A stretch of 64,000 nt of DNA from an uncultured Candidatus Rokubacteria bacterium (GTDB taxonomy: Bacteria > Methylomirabilota > Methylomirabilia > Rokubacteriales > CSP1-6), in the NCBI GenBank assembly GCA_963789955.1, contig CAWBMV010000034.1:1056001-1120000 (forward strand), given 5' to 3'. The notes below the pieces were generated by a model that did no database searches, was not told where the DNA came from, and worked only from the letters and a program-made list of their open reading frames with translations. Position 1 is the stretch's first letter, and each line of letters starts with the position of its first letter. The position numbers were made by a program, and so were the translations under genes. Below, piece after piece: positions 32,498 through 44,552 of the stretch.

Positions 32498-33904
32498 ATG
32501 ACTCAATCGCGACCGGCTTGCCGGTACGTGGGGCCGCTGAAGTTCGTTCTGATCGGCATCGCGCTGTTGCTGACACTCGTCGGGTGCGAGCGCGGGGACG
32601 CCAAGGCCAAGCAGGGCTCGGCCGCGCCGATTCCGACCGTCCTCGTCGCCGAGGTGGCCCAGCGCACCGTGCCGGTGGGCGCCGATTTCGTGGCGCGAAC
32701 CGAAGGTGTTCCCACCGTCGAGATTCGGGCCCGCGTCTCGGGGGTGCTCGAGGCAGTACGGTTCCGCGAAGGGTCCGAGGTGAAGCAGGGCCAGGTCCTG
32801 TTCATGATCCAGCCGGAGGAGTACAAGGCGGCGCTCCAGTCGGCGCGCGCCCAGCAAGCCAAGGCCGAGGCCGATCTCCTTCGCGCGAAGGACACCTCGA
32901 TCGTGGATCGGGCTCGCGCGAGCCTCGATCAGGCAAAGGCCGATCTCGGGAAGGACCGCGCGGATGTCGCGCGCTACCGTCCGCTGGTCGAGCAGCAGGC
33001 GATTCCCAAGCAAGACCTGGACACCGCGCTGTCGCGTGAGCAGGCGTCGGCGGCTGGTGTCTCGGCGGCGGAAGCCGCCCTCAAGGACTCGATTCTCGCT
33101 CAGCGCACCGCCATCCAGCTCGCGGAGGCGGCGGTCGAGTCGGGCAAGGCTTCCGTCACTCAGGCTGATCTCAACGTCAAGTACACCGTCGTCGAATCGC
33201 CGATCAACGGCATCATCAGCAAGCTGGCCGTTGACACGGGCAACCTGGTCGGCAAGGGCGAGCCGACCTTGCTGGCCACGGTCTCGGCCGTCGATCCGAT
33301 CTACGCGGATTTCTCGATCACCGAGGCGGATTATCTGCGACTGGTCAAGCGCATACCCGGGTCTCGGTCGCGGTGAGGTGCCGCGCGACCAACCGCCCAC
33401 GTTCGATCTGATCCTGTCCGACGGGTCTGTCTTTCCGCAGAAGGGCCGGCCGGTCTTCGTCGACCGGGCGATCGACCAGAAGACCGGGACCATCCAGGTC
33501 CGGGCCGCGTTTCCCAATCCCCAGCGCGTGCTGCGCCCAGGCCAGTTCGCGCGTGTGCGGGCCGTGACGGAGGAGGTCCCGGACGCGATCCTGGTGCCGC
33601 AGGCGGCCGTGCAGGACCTGCAGGGCGCCAAGACGGTGATGGTGGTGGGCGAGGACAACAAGGTCGCGATGCGAACCCTGACACTGCGTCAGCCGTACCA
33701 GGAGTTTTACATCGTCTCGGCGGGCATCAAGCCGGGGGAGCGCGTGATCGTCGAGGGGATTCAGAAGGTGAGGCCCGGGCTGGTGGTGAAGGCCGAGCTG
33801 AAGCCTGCCTCCGCCGCAACACCGGCACCGGCTCAGCCGACCCCGGCGCCGCCGCGGCGGCACCGCCGGCACCGCCCGCGTCGAAGCCCAAGAGCGGAAG
33901 CTAG
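32498..33904 (+). CDS. RND efflux periplasmic adaptor (lipoprotein), frameshifted
   Basis: LVGC lipobox, VEIRARVSG, SPINGII, FPNP...LRPGQFARVR; long alpha-hairpin. Confidence 0.88.
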
Positions 33905-33911
33905 GCGAACC

Positions 33912-36900
33912 ATGGCTGAATTCTTCATCCGCCGCCCGATCGTCGCGATCGTCATCGCGATCCTCACCGTCCTGCTCGGAACGTACTCGCTCCTCAAGCT
34001 CAGCTTCGAGCAGTACCCGTTCCTCGCCCCGCCGACCATCCGGGTCACGGCCAACTATCCCGGCGCCTCGGCGGTGGCCGTCGAGCAGTCCGTGGCCACG
34101 CCGATCGAGCAGGAGGTCAACGGCGTCGACCGGATGATCTACATGAAGTCGTCGAACACGAGCGACGGCCGCATGCAGCTCGACGTGAACTTCGAGGTCG
34201 GCGTCGACCAGGACACGGCCAACGTGCTCACGCAGAACCGGGTCTCGTCGGCGCAGGCGCGCCTGCCGCAGGAGGTCGTCGCGCAGGGCGTCACCGTGAA
34301 GAAGCAGAGCCCCAGCATCCTCATGCTGATCTCGCTCTATTCGCCCGGTGGGGAGCTACGACGCGAACTTCCTGATCAACTACGCCTCGATCAACGTGCG
34401 CGACCAGATCTTGAGGATCCCCGGTATCGCGCAGGTCGATCTCTTCGGCGGCACCGACTACGGCCTGCGCGTCTGGATCCGGCCCGACAAGCTCGCCAAG
34501 CTGGGCATCACGCCGTCCGACGTGATCTCGGCGATCAAGGAGCAGAACCTACAGGCTCCGGCGGGTCGGGTCGGCGCAGGCCCCGACACCAGCCGATCAG
34601 GCGTTCACCTTCACGGTGAGCGCGCCCGGACGACTCGTCACGGCCGAGGAGTTCGAGAACATCATCATCCGCGAGGCCTCGACCGGGCATCCGGTGCGCA
34701 TCAAGGACGTGGGACGCGCCGAGCTCGGCAGCCAGGACTACAACTCGTTCGGCCGGCTCAACGGCAAGGCGTCGGGCGCGATGGCGGTCTATCTGCTCCC
34801 CGGCGCGAACCAGCTCCAGGCGGCCGAGACGATCTACAAGACCATGGCCACGCCAAGACGGCTCTTCCCGCCGGACCTGGACTACACGATCGTGTACGAC
34901 ACGACGCCCGCCGTCCAGGCCTCGATCCACGAGATCGTGAAGACCTTCGTCGAGGCGCTGATCCTGGTCACGCTCGTCGTGTTCATCTTCCTGCAGAATC
35001 TGCGCGCGACGATCATCCCGCTGCTGACGGTGCCGGTCTCCATCGTCGGCACCTTCATCTTCTTCCCGCTGCTGGGCTTCTCGGTCAACACGCTGTCGAT
35101 GTTCGGGCTCGTGCTCGCGATCGGCATCGTGGTCGACGACGCGATCGTCGTCGTCGAGGCGGTCATGCACCACATCGAGCACGGCATGAGCCCGCGCGAC
35201 GCGACCGCCCAGGCCATGAAGGAAGTGTCGGCGCCGGTCATCGGCATCGCGCTGATCCTTTCGGCCGTCTTCATTCCGGTCGCCTTCATCAGCGGCCTCA
35301 CCGGGCGCATGTACCAGCAGTTCGCGCTCACGATCGCGATCTCGGTGCTGCTCTCGGCCTTCAGCGCGCTCTCGCTGTCGCCCGCGCTCGCGGCGATGCT
35401 CCTCAAGCCCGCCAAGCCGATGCGCGGCCCGCTCGGCGCGTTCTTCCGCGGGTTCAACAAGGTGTTCGACAAGGCGACCACGGGCTACATCGGCCTGGCC
35501 CAGCACCTCATCCGCCGCGGCGTGATCACGATCGTGATCATCGGTCGTGGTGATCGCGGGGGTCGCGGTCCTGGGTCGCGCGCTGCCGGCCGGGTTCATT
35601 CCCGACGAGGACCAGGGGCTCTTCGGCGTCAACGTGCAGCTCCCGCCGGGCGCCTCGCTCGAGCGGACGAGCGCGGTGCTCCGCAAGGTCGAGGAGATGC
35701 TCAAGAAGGTCGACGGCGTCGAGTCGTTCCAGACGATCGGCGGCTACGGCGCGGTCACCAGCACCTACCAGCCGAACTTCGGGAGTATCTTCGTGCGTCT
35801 CAAGCCGTGGGAGGAGCGGCACAGCGAGTCGCTCCACGTGCTCGGCATCATGCGCCGCATGGCGGTGCAGCTGGCGGCGATTCCGGAGGCGATCGCGTTC
35901 CCGTTCAACATCCCGACCATCTCCGGCTTCGGCGCGTCGGCGGGCTTCAACTTCCTGCTTCAGGACCGGAGCGGCTCGCTGAGCGTCGAGGAGCTCGGCG
36001 CCAAGACGCGCGACTTCCTGACGGCCGCGCGGCAGCGGCCCGAGTTCGCCTCGCTCTTCACGGCGTTCGATCCCACCTATCCGCAAGTCAGGGTCGAGCT
36101 CGATCGCGAGAAGGCGCGCACGCTCGGTGTGCCCGTGAACGAGGTGTTCCAGGCGATGTCGACGTCGATGGGCGGCACCTACGTGAACGACTTCAACCGC
36201 TTCGGACGTCTCTACCGGGTCTACGTCCAGGCCGAGGCCGACTACCGCCGGAAGCCGTCGGACATCGGTGACGTCTACGTCCGCAGCAAGACGACCAACA
36301 CGATGATCCCGCTCTCGACGCTCGTCACCATCACGTCGGCGACCGGGGACGGAGATCACGACACGCTTCAACCTGCTGCGGTCGGTCGAGATCAACGGCG
36401 CGCCCGCGCGCGGCGTGAGCTCCGGGCAGGCGCTGGCCGCGCTCGAGGACGTCTTCAAGCAGACGATGCCCAAGGAAATGGGCTTCGCCTACTCGTCGCT
36501 GTCGTATCAGGAGAAGGTCGCGCCGCCCGCGGCGCCGACGTTCGTCCTCGCGATCGTGTTCGTCTTCCTGCTGCTGGCGGCGATGTACGAGAGCTGGCGC
36601 CTGCCGTGGGCCGTGCTGCTCGGCTCGCCGCTGGTGGCGCTCGGCGCCTTCCTCGGCGTGTGGCTCACCGGCTACGACAACAACGTCTACGTGCAGATCG
36701 GCCTGATCATGCTCGTCGGGCTCGCCGCCAAGAACGCGATCCTGATCGTCGAGTTCGCGAAGGCCAAGCACGAGGAGGGCCAGTCGCTCGAGGAGGCCGC
36801 GCTGACGTCCGCGCGGCTGCGCTTCCGGCCGATCTTGATGACGGCGTTCGCCTTCATCCTCGGCGTCGTGCCGCTGATGCTGGCGAGCGGGGCGGGCGCG

Positions 36901-37093
36901 GGCGCCCAGAACGTCATGGGCACCGCGGTGTTCTGGGGGATGCTGATCGCCACCGGGCTCGGCGTGTTCCTGATTCCCGGCAACTTCACCTTCGTCGAGG
37001 GGCTCGGGCGAAAGGGCGCGCCGGCGAAGACAACCCGTGGCGCAGCGCCCGGCGCGCCGGCGCCCGTGCCGGGGACGGCGGCAGCACGCATGA
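33912..37093 (+). CDS. HAE1-family RND efflux permease (AcrB-like), several frameshifts; end approximate
   Basis: FFIRRPI, YPGASA, GIVVDDAIVVVE, GLAAKNAILIVEF, RFRPILMTAFAF. Confidence 0.92.
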
Positions 37094-38562
37094 AATCTCG
37101 GACGCGCTTCTGCCTCGCGGCGCTCCTGCTCGCCGCTTGCACGGTGGGACCGGACTACAAGACGGCCCGAGCTCTCGACCCCGCCGACTTCCGCGGACCG
37201 CGCGCCGGACGCCCCGCCGAGCGCCGAGTCACTGGGGGACATCGCCTGGTGGCTGATCTTCCAGGACGAGACGCTGCAGTCGCTGATCCGCACGGCGCTC
37301 GTCGAGAACTACGACGTGCGCGTGGCCGCCGCGCGCGTCCTCGACGCGCGGGCGCGGGTCACGATCGAGCGATCGTTCCAGTTCCCGGACGTCAGCGCGT
37401 CCGCGAGCGCGCCGTACGTCCGGCTCTCCGGCGATCGCGCGCCGAGCCAGGAGGCGGAGACCTTCAGCCCCCTGGGGACGCTCGACCTCTCCTGGGAGAT
37501 CGACCTGTGGGGCCGCTTGCGGCGGTCCACGGAAGCGGCCCGGGCCGACCTGCTGGCCTCGGACGAGGCGCGGCGGTTCGTGATCAGCACCCTGGTGAGC
37601 GACCTCGCGACCGCGTACATGCAGCTCCGCGAGCTCGACCTGGAGCTGGAGATCTCCCGCCGGACGCTGGCGGCACGGCAGGACTCCCTCCGGCTCGTGA
37701 AGCTCCGGGAAGAGGGCGCCGTGGCGGCCATGATCGACGTGCGCCAGGCCGAGGTCCTCGTCTACACCGCAGCCGAGACCATCCCGGACGTCGAGCGCCG
37801 CATCGAGCAGACGGAGAACCTGATCAGCCTCCTGCTCGGGCGGAGCCCGGATGCGGTGCCGCGGGGCCGCCCGCTGCTCCAGCAGATCGCGCCCCCCGCC
37901 GTGCCGGCCGGGCTGCCGTCCAGCCTTCTCGAGCGCCGGCCGGACATCCGGCAGGCCGAGAGGCCAGCTCGCGGCCGCCACCGCTCGGATCGGTGTCGCC
38001 AAGGCGGACTACTTCCCGCGGGTCCTCCTCACGGGCTCGGCCGGGGGTGGGAGCGTGATGGTGGGCGGGAACTGGTTCGGCCCCACCGCGGTCCTCGGCA
38101 TCGGACCCCAGGTCACGCTGCCGATCTTCAACATGGGCCGGATCGGCGCCGGCGTGGCCTCGGCCGAGGCGCAAGCGCAGGAGGCGCTGGTTCGCTACCA
38201 GCAGGCGATCCAGCAGGCGTTCCGCGAGGTCTCGGACGCCGCTCGTCGAGCACCGCAAGCGGCAGGAGTTCCGCGTCCAGCAGGAGGGGCTCGTCGACTC
38301 GCTGCGCGATGCGGCCCGGCTGTCGGACATCCGCTACCGCGGCGGCGTGACGAGCTACCTCGAGGTGCTGGACACCGAGCGCCAGCTCTTCGACGCCGAG
38401 CTGAGTCTGGCGCGGACTCAGCGCGACGAGCTGCTCGCGGTCGTGCTGCTCTACCGCGCGCTCGGGGGCGGCTGGATGGTCGAGCAGCCTCCGGCGGCAT
38501 CGGCTCAGGAGCAGGGCGGCGAGACGGTGGTGGTCAACGATCGGAGAGGAGGATCGCGATGA
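37090..38562 (+). CDS. NodT/OprM-family outer-membrane efflux lipoprotein, frameshifted
   Basis: LAACTVGPDY, SWEIDLWGRLRR, GLPSSLLERRPDI, LYRALGGGW. Confidence 0.9.
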
Positions 38563-38637
38563 GCGCGAGATACATCCGACCCTCCGTCACGAGCTGGCCG
38601 ACAAGATCCTGCTGGTGAAGTCGGCGGCCCGGTTCAG

Positions 38638-41094
38638 GTGATCAACCGGACGTATCGGACCACCGCGCTCGCGCTCCTCGCGTGCGCGCTTCTTCTCGCG
38701 GGTGCGCCGGCCTCGCCGGTGGATGCCCAGGCGCCGCCTCCCGCGCGCCCGGAGCAGAAGGTCACCGCCGATGCGCCGCCGGCGATTCCCATTGCCGAGG
38801 TCGCGCGGCGGGCCGACGAGGTCGGCGCTTTCCTGCGTTCGCTGGACGAGCAGCTTCCGGCAAGCCCGCAGATGAAGCGGATCGAGCAGGAGCTGCCGCC
38901 GCTGAGCGAGCGCCTCGCCGATCGCTTCGAGCAGACGCAGCAGACCATCGGGTCGCGGCATGCACTCGGGACCCTGGACGCCCTGATGGATTTCTGGCGC
39001 TCGAGCCGTGGCGGTCTGTCGGCCTGGTTGGCGACCGTGACCGAGCGGGCGGACTGGCTCGAGCAGCAACGCGCGGAGCTAGCGAAGCTGACGGCTACAT
39101 GGGCGCGGACACGAACGGAGGTTCGTTCGGCGAAGGCGCCGCCGGAGCTCTCCCAGCGGATCATGGATGTCATGGCCGCGCTGGTCGGCGCGCAGGCGCG
39201 TGTCGAAGCGGAGCGCGCCGCGACGCTTGTGCTGCAGGACCGCGTCGCACGGGAGCTGACGCGCATCGACGGCGTGCTGGCCCAGATCGCCCAGGCCAGA
39301 CGGCAGGCCGCCGGCGGCCTCCTCGTGCGGGACAGCCCGCCGATCTGGCGCGCCCAGATTCCTCCGCCGGGCTCTCGCCCGCCGATCGGAATAACGCTCG
39401 CGACGGTGGCCGCAACGGTGCGCGGCTTCGTCGAGGAGCATTCCGATCGAATCGCGCTTCACCTGGCGGGGCTCCTGACGCTCGTCGTGGTGCTCTGGTG
39501 GGCCCGCAGTCGCGCACGCCAGCTACCGGCCCCCGAAGGGAGCGCAACGTCGCCGGCCATCGCGCTGGATCAGCCGGTGGCGGCCGCCCTCGTGCTGGGC
39601 ATGCTGGCGGCGTTCTGGATCTATGCGGAGGAGCCACGGACGGCCCGGCTCATCGTCGAGATCGGCGTGTTTCCCCCGATGGTGCTGATCTTGCGCCAAC
39701 TGGTGACGCCGCCGATGCGTCCGGCGCTCTATATCATGGCGGCATTCTTCCCGGTCGACGTCGTGCGCGATGTCCTGGTTCAGCGACCATTGCTCGAGCG
39801 CGCACTGTTTTTGCTGGAAATGCTGACGGCTGCCGCCTTGCTGAGCTGGTTCATCCGGTCGGGGCGTCCGGACGAGCTGATCGTCGCCAGCGGGGGATCG
39901 GCGTCGGCGCGCGTGCGCAAGGATTTGTTCAAGCTGGCGCTGACGGGGGTCCTGGTCGCGCTGGTGGCCGACATCGTCGGCAACGTGAGCCTGGCGCGGC
40001 TGATTGGATCGGGCGTCCTCTCGAGCGGCTATCTCGCGATGGTGCTCATCGCCGGACGTCGATTGGCGGAAGGGCTCGTCACGTTCACGTTGCGAGTCAG
40101 GCCGCTGGTCCGGCTCCGCATGGTCGCAAACCACGGTGCCCACCTCGAGCGACGCGCTCAGCGATGGCTGCGCATGCTCAGTGCGATCGTGTGGGTTATC
40201 GCGACGCTCGACTACTTCGGCCTGCTCATGCCGTCCGTCGCGCTCGCTCGACAGGTCCTCGATGCACGCCTCTCGATCGGGGCGCTCAGTCTCGCGCTCG
40301 GAGATTTCCTGGCGTTCGTGTTGACCGTGTACCTCGCGTCGGTCCTCTCGTCTCTGATCGAGTTCGTGCTCGCGGAGGATGTATTCCCGCGATTGAGCCT
40401 CCGCCCCGGCTTACCGTATGCCCTCTCGCGCCTCATCAAGTACGCGATCGTCTCGGTCGGGTTCTTCGTGGCCCTCCTCGCGCTCGGCGTGAATCTCAAT
40501 CGGGTGACCGTGCTCGGCGGCGCGCTGGGCATCGGCGTCGGCTTCGGCCTTCAGAACATCGTCAACAACTTCGTTTCGGGCCTGATCTTGCTGTTCGAGC
40601 GACCGGTCCGCGTGGGCGACGCCGTCCAGATCGGCGACGTTCAAGGCGAGGTGCGCCGGATCGGCATCCGGGCCACCACGGTGCGCGCGTGGGAGGGCGC
40701 CGAGGTCATCGTGCCGAACTCGCAGCTCGTGGCGGAGCGCGTCACGAACTGGACGCCAGCGGATTACCGGCGGCGCCTCGACATTCCTGTGAACGTCGCC
40801 TACGGCAGCGCGCCGGACAAGGTGATCCAGGTGCTGACCGAGGTCGCCCAGAGCCATCCCGACGTCGTCGCCTCACCGGTTCCGGTCGCGCTGTTCCTGG
40901 GTTTCGGGGATAGCGCGCTCCAGTTTCAGCTCCGGGCGTGGACGAGTCGGCTCGACCGGCACCTCATGGTCAGGAGCGAGCTCGGCGTCGCCGTCTACGC
41001 CGCGCTCCGGGATGCGGGGTTCTCGATTCCGTTTCCGCAGCAGGAAGTCCGAATTCATCCCCCGGCGCTGCCGCCTGAATCGGGTGGGCGCTAG
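38638..41094 (+). CDS. Large MscS-family mechanosensitive channel (MscK-like periplasmic coiled coil)
   Basis: Signal peptide, GALGIGVGFGLQNIVNNFVSGLILLFERP, VPNS, SIPFPQ. Confidence 0.93.
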   Translation: MINRTYRTTALALLACALLLAGAPASPVDAQAPPPARPEQKVTADAPPAIPIAEVARRADEVGAFLRSLDEQLPASPQMKRIEQELPPLSERLADRFEQTQQTIGSRHALGTLDALMDFWRSSRGGLSAWLATVTERADWLEQQRAELAKLTATWARTRTEVRSAKAPPELSQRIMDVMAALVGAQARVEAERAATLVLQDRVARELTRIDGVLAQIAQARRQAAGGLLVRDSPPIWRAQIPPPGSRPPIGITLATVAATVRGFVEEHSDRIALHLAGLLTLVVVLWWARSRARQLPAPEGSATSPAIALDQPVAAALVLGMLAAFWIYAEEPRTARLIVEIGVFPPMVLILRQLVTPPMRPALYIMAAFFPVDVVRDVLVQRPLLERALFLLEMLTAAALLSWFIRSGRPDELIVASGGSASARVRKDLFKLALTGVLVALVADIVGNVSLARLIGSGVLSSGYLAMVLIAGRRLAEGLVTFTLRVRPLVRLRMVANHGAHLERRAQRWLRMLSAIVWVIATLDYFGLLMPSVALARQVLDARLSIGALSLALGDFLAFVLTVYLASVLSSLIEFVLAEDVFPRLSLRPGLPYALSRLIKYAIVSVGFFVALLALGVNLNRVTVLGGALGIGVGFGLQNIVNNFVSGLILLFERPVRVGDAVQIGDVQGEVRRIGIRATTVRAWEGAEVIVPNSQLVAERVTNWTPADYRRRLDIPVNVAYGSAPDKVIQVLTEVAQSHPDVVASPVPVALFLGFGDSALQFQLRAWTSRLDRHLMVRSELGVAVYAALRDAGFSIPFPQQEVRIHPPALPPESGGR

Positions 41095-41144
41095 GACCGA
41101 CCGGCGGGATCGACTCCGTCCCCGGTTACGCCCAGCGTCCCGCG

Positions 41145-42407
41145 ATGGATGAACACGGTGTCGTTGTTCCGCTCGTCGGTGTCCTCGAGCTCTTGCTGCT
41201 CGCGTCGCTGTCCGCCGTGGCGTTCAGGCGCATTCGATTTCCCTACACGATAGGTCTGGTCATCGTCGGCGCCGTCCTGGCGGTCGCCGAAAACCATCTC
41301 GATCTCCACTTCCTCGAGCCCATGCGGCACATTCGACTCACGCCCGAGGTCGTTCTGTATCTCTTCATTCCGACCCTGGTCTTCCCGGCGGCGGTGCGAC
41401 TCGACTTGCCATTGCTCAAACAGAATGTGTATCCGATCCTCCTGCTGGCACTTCCCGGTCTGGTCGTGTCAACCCTCATCGTGGGCGGCATCGTGGGAGC
41501 GATGACGCCGCTTGCCTGGAGCACGGCCATGCTGTTCGGAGCGTTGATCTCGGCGACCGATCCGGTTGCCGTGGTCGCACTCTTCGAGGAGCTGAAGGTT
41601 TCAGGCCGTCTGTCCGTCGTGGTCGAAGGCGAGAGCCTGTTCAACGACGCCGCCGCAATGGTGCTATTCGCGAGTATTCTCTCGGCGATCAGTTCGGACA
41701 CTCACGGACCGGTGCTCTTGGCTCAGGGGGTCGTGAGCTTCGTCTGGGTGTCTCTGGGAGGGCTCGGCGTCGGCGCGGTCGCCGCTGCTCTCTATACCGC
41801 GCTGGTGCGCTTCGCCGAGGACGACCCCTTGATCGAGATCGCCCTGTCGATGGTGCTGGCGTACACGGCCTTCGCGGTCGCCGACCACTATCTCGGTGTC
41901 TCCGGAATCCTGGCCGTGGTCGCGGCGGGCTTGGTGGTTCGTCGTCTGCGCTCGGGCCATTTCGAGAACGCCACAAAGGCGCGGCCCTATCTGCGGCACT
42001 ACTGGAGCTACGCCGAATTCGTCGCGAACAGCTTCGTTTTCGTGTTTCTGGGAATCGGCGCCGACACGTTTCTCAATCGCTTGCGAGACGCGAGCCTGAT
42101 GGACATGAGGTACCTCGTCTACGCCGTCGTGGCCGTCATCGTGGCCCGCCTCGTCGTCGTCTATGGGTTCGCCGGCGTCTTCAACAGATGCACGAGCGCC
42201 GAGCGGATCGATTGGCGCAATCAGACCATCATCTTCTGGGGTGGAGGGATGCGCGGGGCTCTTCCGCTGGTCATGGTTCTCAGCCTCCCGGCAAGCTTCG
42301 CGCAGCGGCAGCTCGTGCTCGACATGACAGCCGGCGTCGTGCTGTTTACCCTGCTCGTCGCAGGCACGACGGTCGGCCGCCTTCTTCGAGCCGTTCGTTT
42401 GCCGTAA
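41145..42407 (+). CDS. CPA1 (NhaP-type) cation/H+ antiporter
   Basis: FGALISATDPVAVV, EGESLFNDA, GVSGILA, GGMRGAL. Confidence 0.92.
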   Translation: MDEHGVVVPLVGVLELLLLASLSAVAFRRIRFPYTIGLVIVGAVLAVAENHLDLHFLEPMRHIRLTPEVVLYLFIPTLVFPAAVRLDLPLLKQNVYPILLLALPGLVVSTLIVGGIVGAMTPLAWSTAMLFGALISATDPVAVVALFEELKVSGRLSVVVEGESLFNDAAAMVLFASILSAISSDTHGPVLLAQGVVSFVWVSLGGLGVGAVAAALYTALVRFAEDDPLIEIALSMVLAYTAFAVADHYLGVSGILAVVAAGLVVRRLRSGHFENATKARPYLRHYWSYAEFVANSFVFVFLGIGADTFLNRLRDASLMDMRYLVYAVVAVIVARLVVVYGFAGVFNRCTSAERIDWRNQTIIFWGGGMRGALPLVMVLSLPASFAQRQLVLDMTAGVVLFTLLVAGTTVGRLLRAVRLP

Positions 42408-42436
42408 CGTGGGGAGGACCGCACGCTGAAGGCTCG

Positions 42437-44412
42437 TCAATCGGACATCAAGAAGATGAAGGGACGCACGTCCGCCTCGGGCGTCCAGTCCCAGTAACGC
42501 AGCAGGATCGTGTAGACCATCAGCCCGGTCTCGCCCTCACCGAACAAGAGATACCGGATGGCCTGGGCCATCAGACTACGCCGAGTGAGCCCGATGAAGA
42601 CCGATATGGGGTCGATGATCTCGCTGACGTAAGCGATGGTGTTCGCGATGGCGATCGCCCCAAAAACTTCGCCAACGTAGTCGTTACCCTCCTTCCGGAG
42701 GCTGATCTCGAGTGGGGCAGAGAATTCACTGCGGTTGTCGAGCAGGTTCACGTGAAGAAACAAGAACGGCCCGCGCACGTTGTAGTGTCGGACGATCTCG
42801 GCGCGCTTCGTACGGCGCGCGTCCGCCGAGGAGCTCGGGATGGGAACCAGGTGCACTTTCTTGCCCCGCGTCTCCGGCCCCAGGCGCCAGCTCTCGACAT
42901 CCGCGAAGTAGCCGTATGGAATGCGGAACTCCACGGAGCGTACGACCGGCTCAGAGCACACCCGAGTATCAGGAGGACGGTGAAGACGGTTCCGATGATC
43001 AACCCGTCCGGGCGCTCCAGACAGTTGTCCGCCAGCGTGTAGGCGAACACTAGACAGAGGATGCCCGTGTAGGAGGCCAGCCCCCAGCGACGTTCACGCC
43101 ACAGCGCGAGCGTTGCCGCAAAGGCAGCCGACAGGATGAGCACCAGGACGCCGGTGGCATAGGCGCCGCTCTGCGCCTCGACGGAAGCGCCGAAGATCAA
43201 GGTGATGACGACATTGATGACGAACAGCACCAGCACGAGCGGCCGGGAGAGCGCGGCCCACCGCGGGGCCATCCCGAAGCGGGGCAGGTAGCGCGGAATC
43301 AGATGAAGGAGGCCGGCCATCGCCGATGCGCCGGCGAGACCGAGAATGAGAATCGTCGACACGTCGTAGACCGTGCCGAAGCCGCGGCCGAGGTAGCGGT
43401 GAGCCAGGAACGCGATGGCGCGCCCGCTCGCCTTGCCGCCCTCCGCGTAGTCGGCCGGGGCGATGAGCAGCGTGGTGACGACGCTCGAGAGAATCAACAT
43501 GCCGCTCATGATGACGGCTGCGGTCAGCAGGAGCTTGCGGGTATTGGCTACGCGCCCCATCGGCGTGCCGCCGCTGCGCGGGCTGTGCTCGCGATCCGTT
43601 TCCCCGCCGTCGATCAGCGGCATGACGGAGACGCCGGTCTCGAAGCCGCTCAGGCCCAGGGCGAGCTTCGGAAACACCAGCAAGGCTCCGGCGATCAGCA
43701 GGGGAAAGCTGCCCTGACCGGCGAGCGCGGATCGCCAGCCGGCGAGCAGGTCGGGGTGCGTGATCACCTCCTGCGCGCCACGTCCAAGGACGACGAGGTT
43801 GAGGGCGAGGTAAGGCAGGGCGGCCGCCGCCGCCAGGCCGAGGGCCTCGTTGAACCCTTTCAAGAAGACCGCCGCGAGCACGGTGAGGATCGCGAGCGTG
43901 ACGAGGATCGGGTGGTCGCCGAGCACGGGCACGAGGAATGGATTTTCGATAGCATGCTTGGCGGCGTCGGCGGCCGACAGCGTCATCGTGATCACGAAAT
44001 CGGTGGCGGCAAAGCCGAGCAGGACCAGGACGAGCAGCTTGCCCTTCCAGCCGCTGAGCAGATTCTCGAGCATGGCGATGGATCCCTGCCCAGCGTAGCT
44101 GCGCCTGGCCACTTGCGCGTAGACCGGCACAGCTCCGAGCAGCGTGACCAGGACGAGGATCACTGTGGCGATCGGCGCCACCGCCCCGGCGGCGAGCAAC
44201 GCGATGCCCGGCTGGTAGCCGAGGGTCGAGAAGTAGTCGACTCCCGTTAGCCAGATGACCTTCCACCAGGGATGAGTCACGACTTCCTGCCCGGCGTGGT
44301 CGCTCACGGGCTCCCCGCGCGACAGCCACTTCCCGACAGCGGATCGGTACTCGAGGGAGGGCTGCGGCAGCTGTTCGCGAAAGGAGATGCGCTGCGGCGC
44401 GTCCGGAGTCAT
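42437..44412 (-). CDS. APC-superfamily-like amino acid transporter with cytoplasmic C-terminal domain (frameshift near 42960)
   Basis: WLTGVDYFSTLGYQPG, FAATDFVITMTLSAADA, LGLSGFETG; C-terminal FLFGEGE-like motif in the other frame. Confidence 0.82.
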
Positions 44413-44482
44413 ACGGGATGATAGCCGTTGCGCATATGCCGCGCGACTGGCTCGTCCGATTGGCTCCATGAGGCCGACGTTG

Positions 44483-44497
44483 CGGCTTTCCCGTTGC
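44483..44497 (+). promoter_or_regulatory. Weak sigma54-like promoter
   Basis: CGGCTTTCCCGTTGC has GG-N10-GC and lies upstream of 44553, but the -24 box is a poor match. Confidence 0.3.
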
Positions 44498-44552
44498 AGC
44501 CTATCGATTTCAGCGCGAAACTGAGTCGCACCACCCGCGTGAGGTAGCGACC

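Noticed and set aside
32964..38058. Apparent MFP-RND and RND-OMF in-frame fusions
   Set aside because: The junctions are low-complexity tails in an indel-rich read; alternative stops exist at 33904 and 37093, and the OMF has its own lipoprotein signal. Needs read confirmation.
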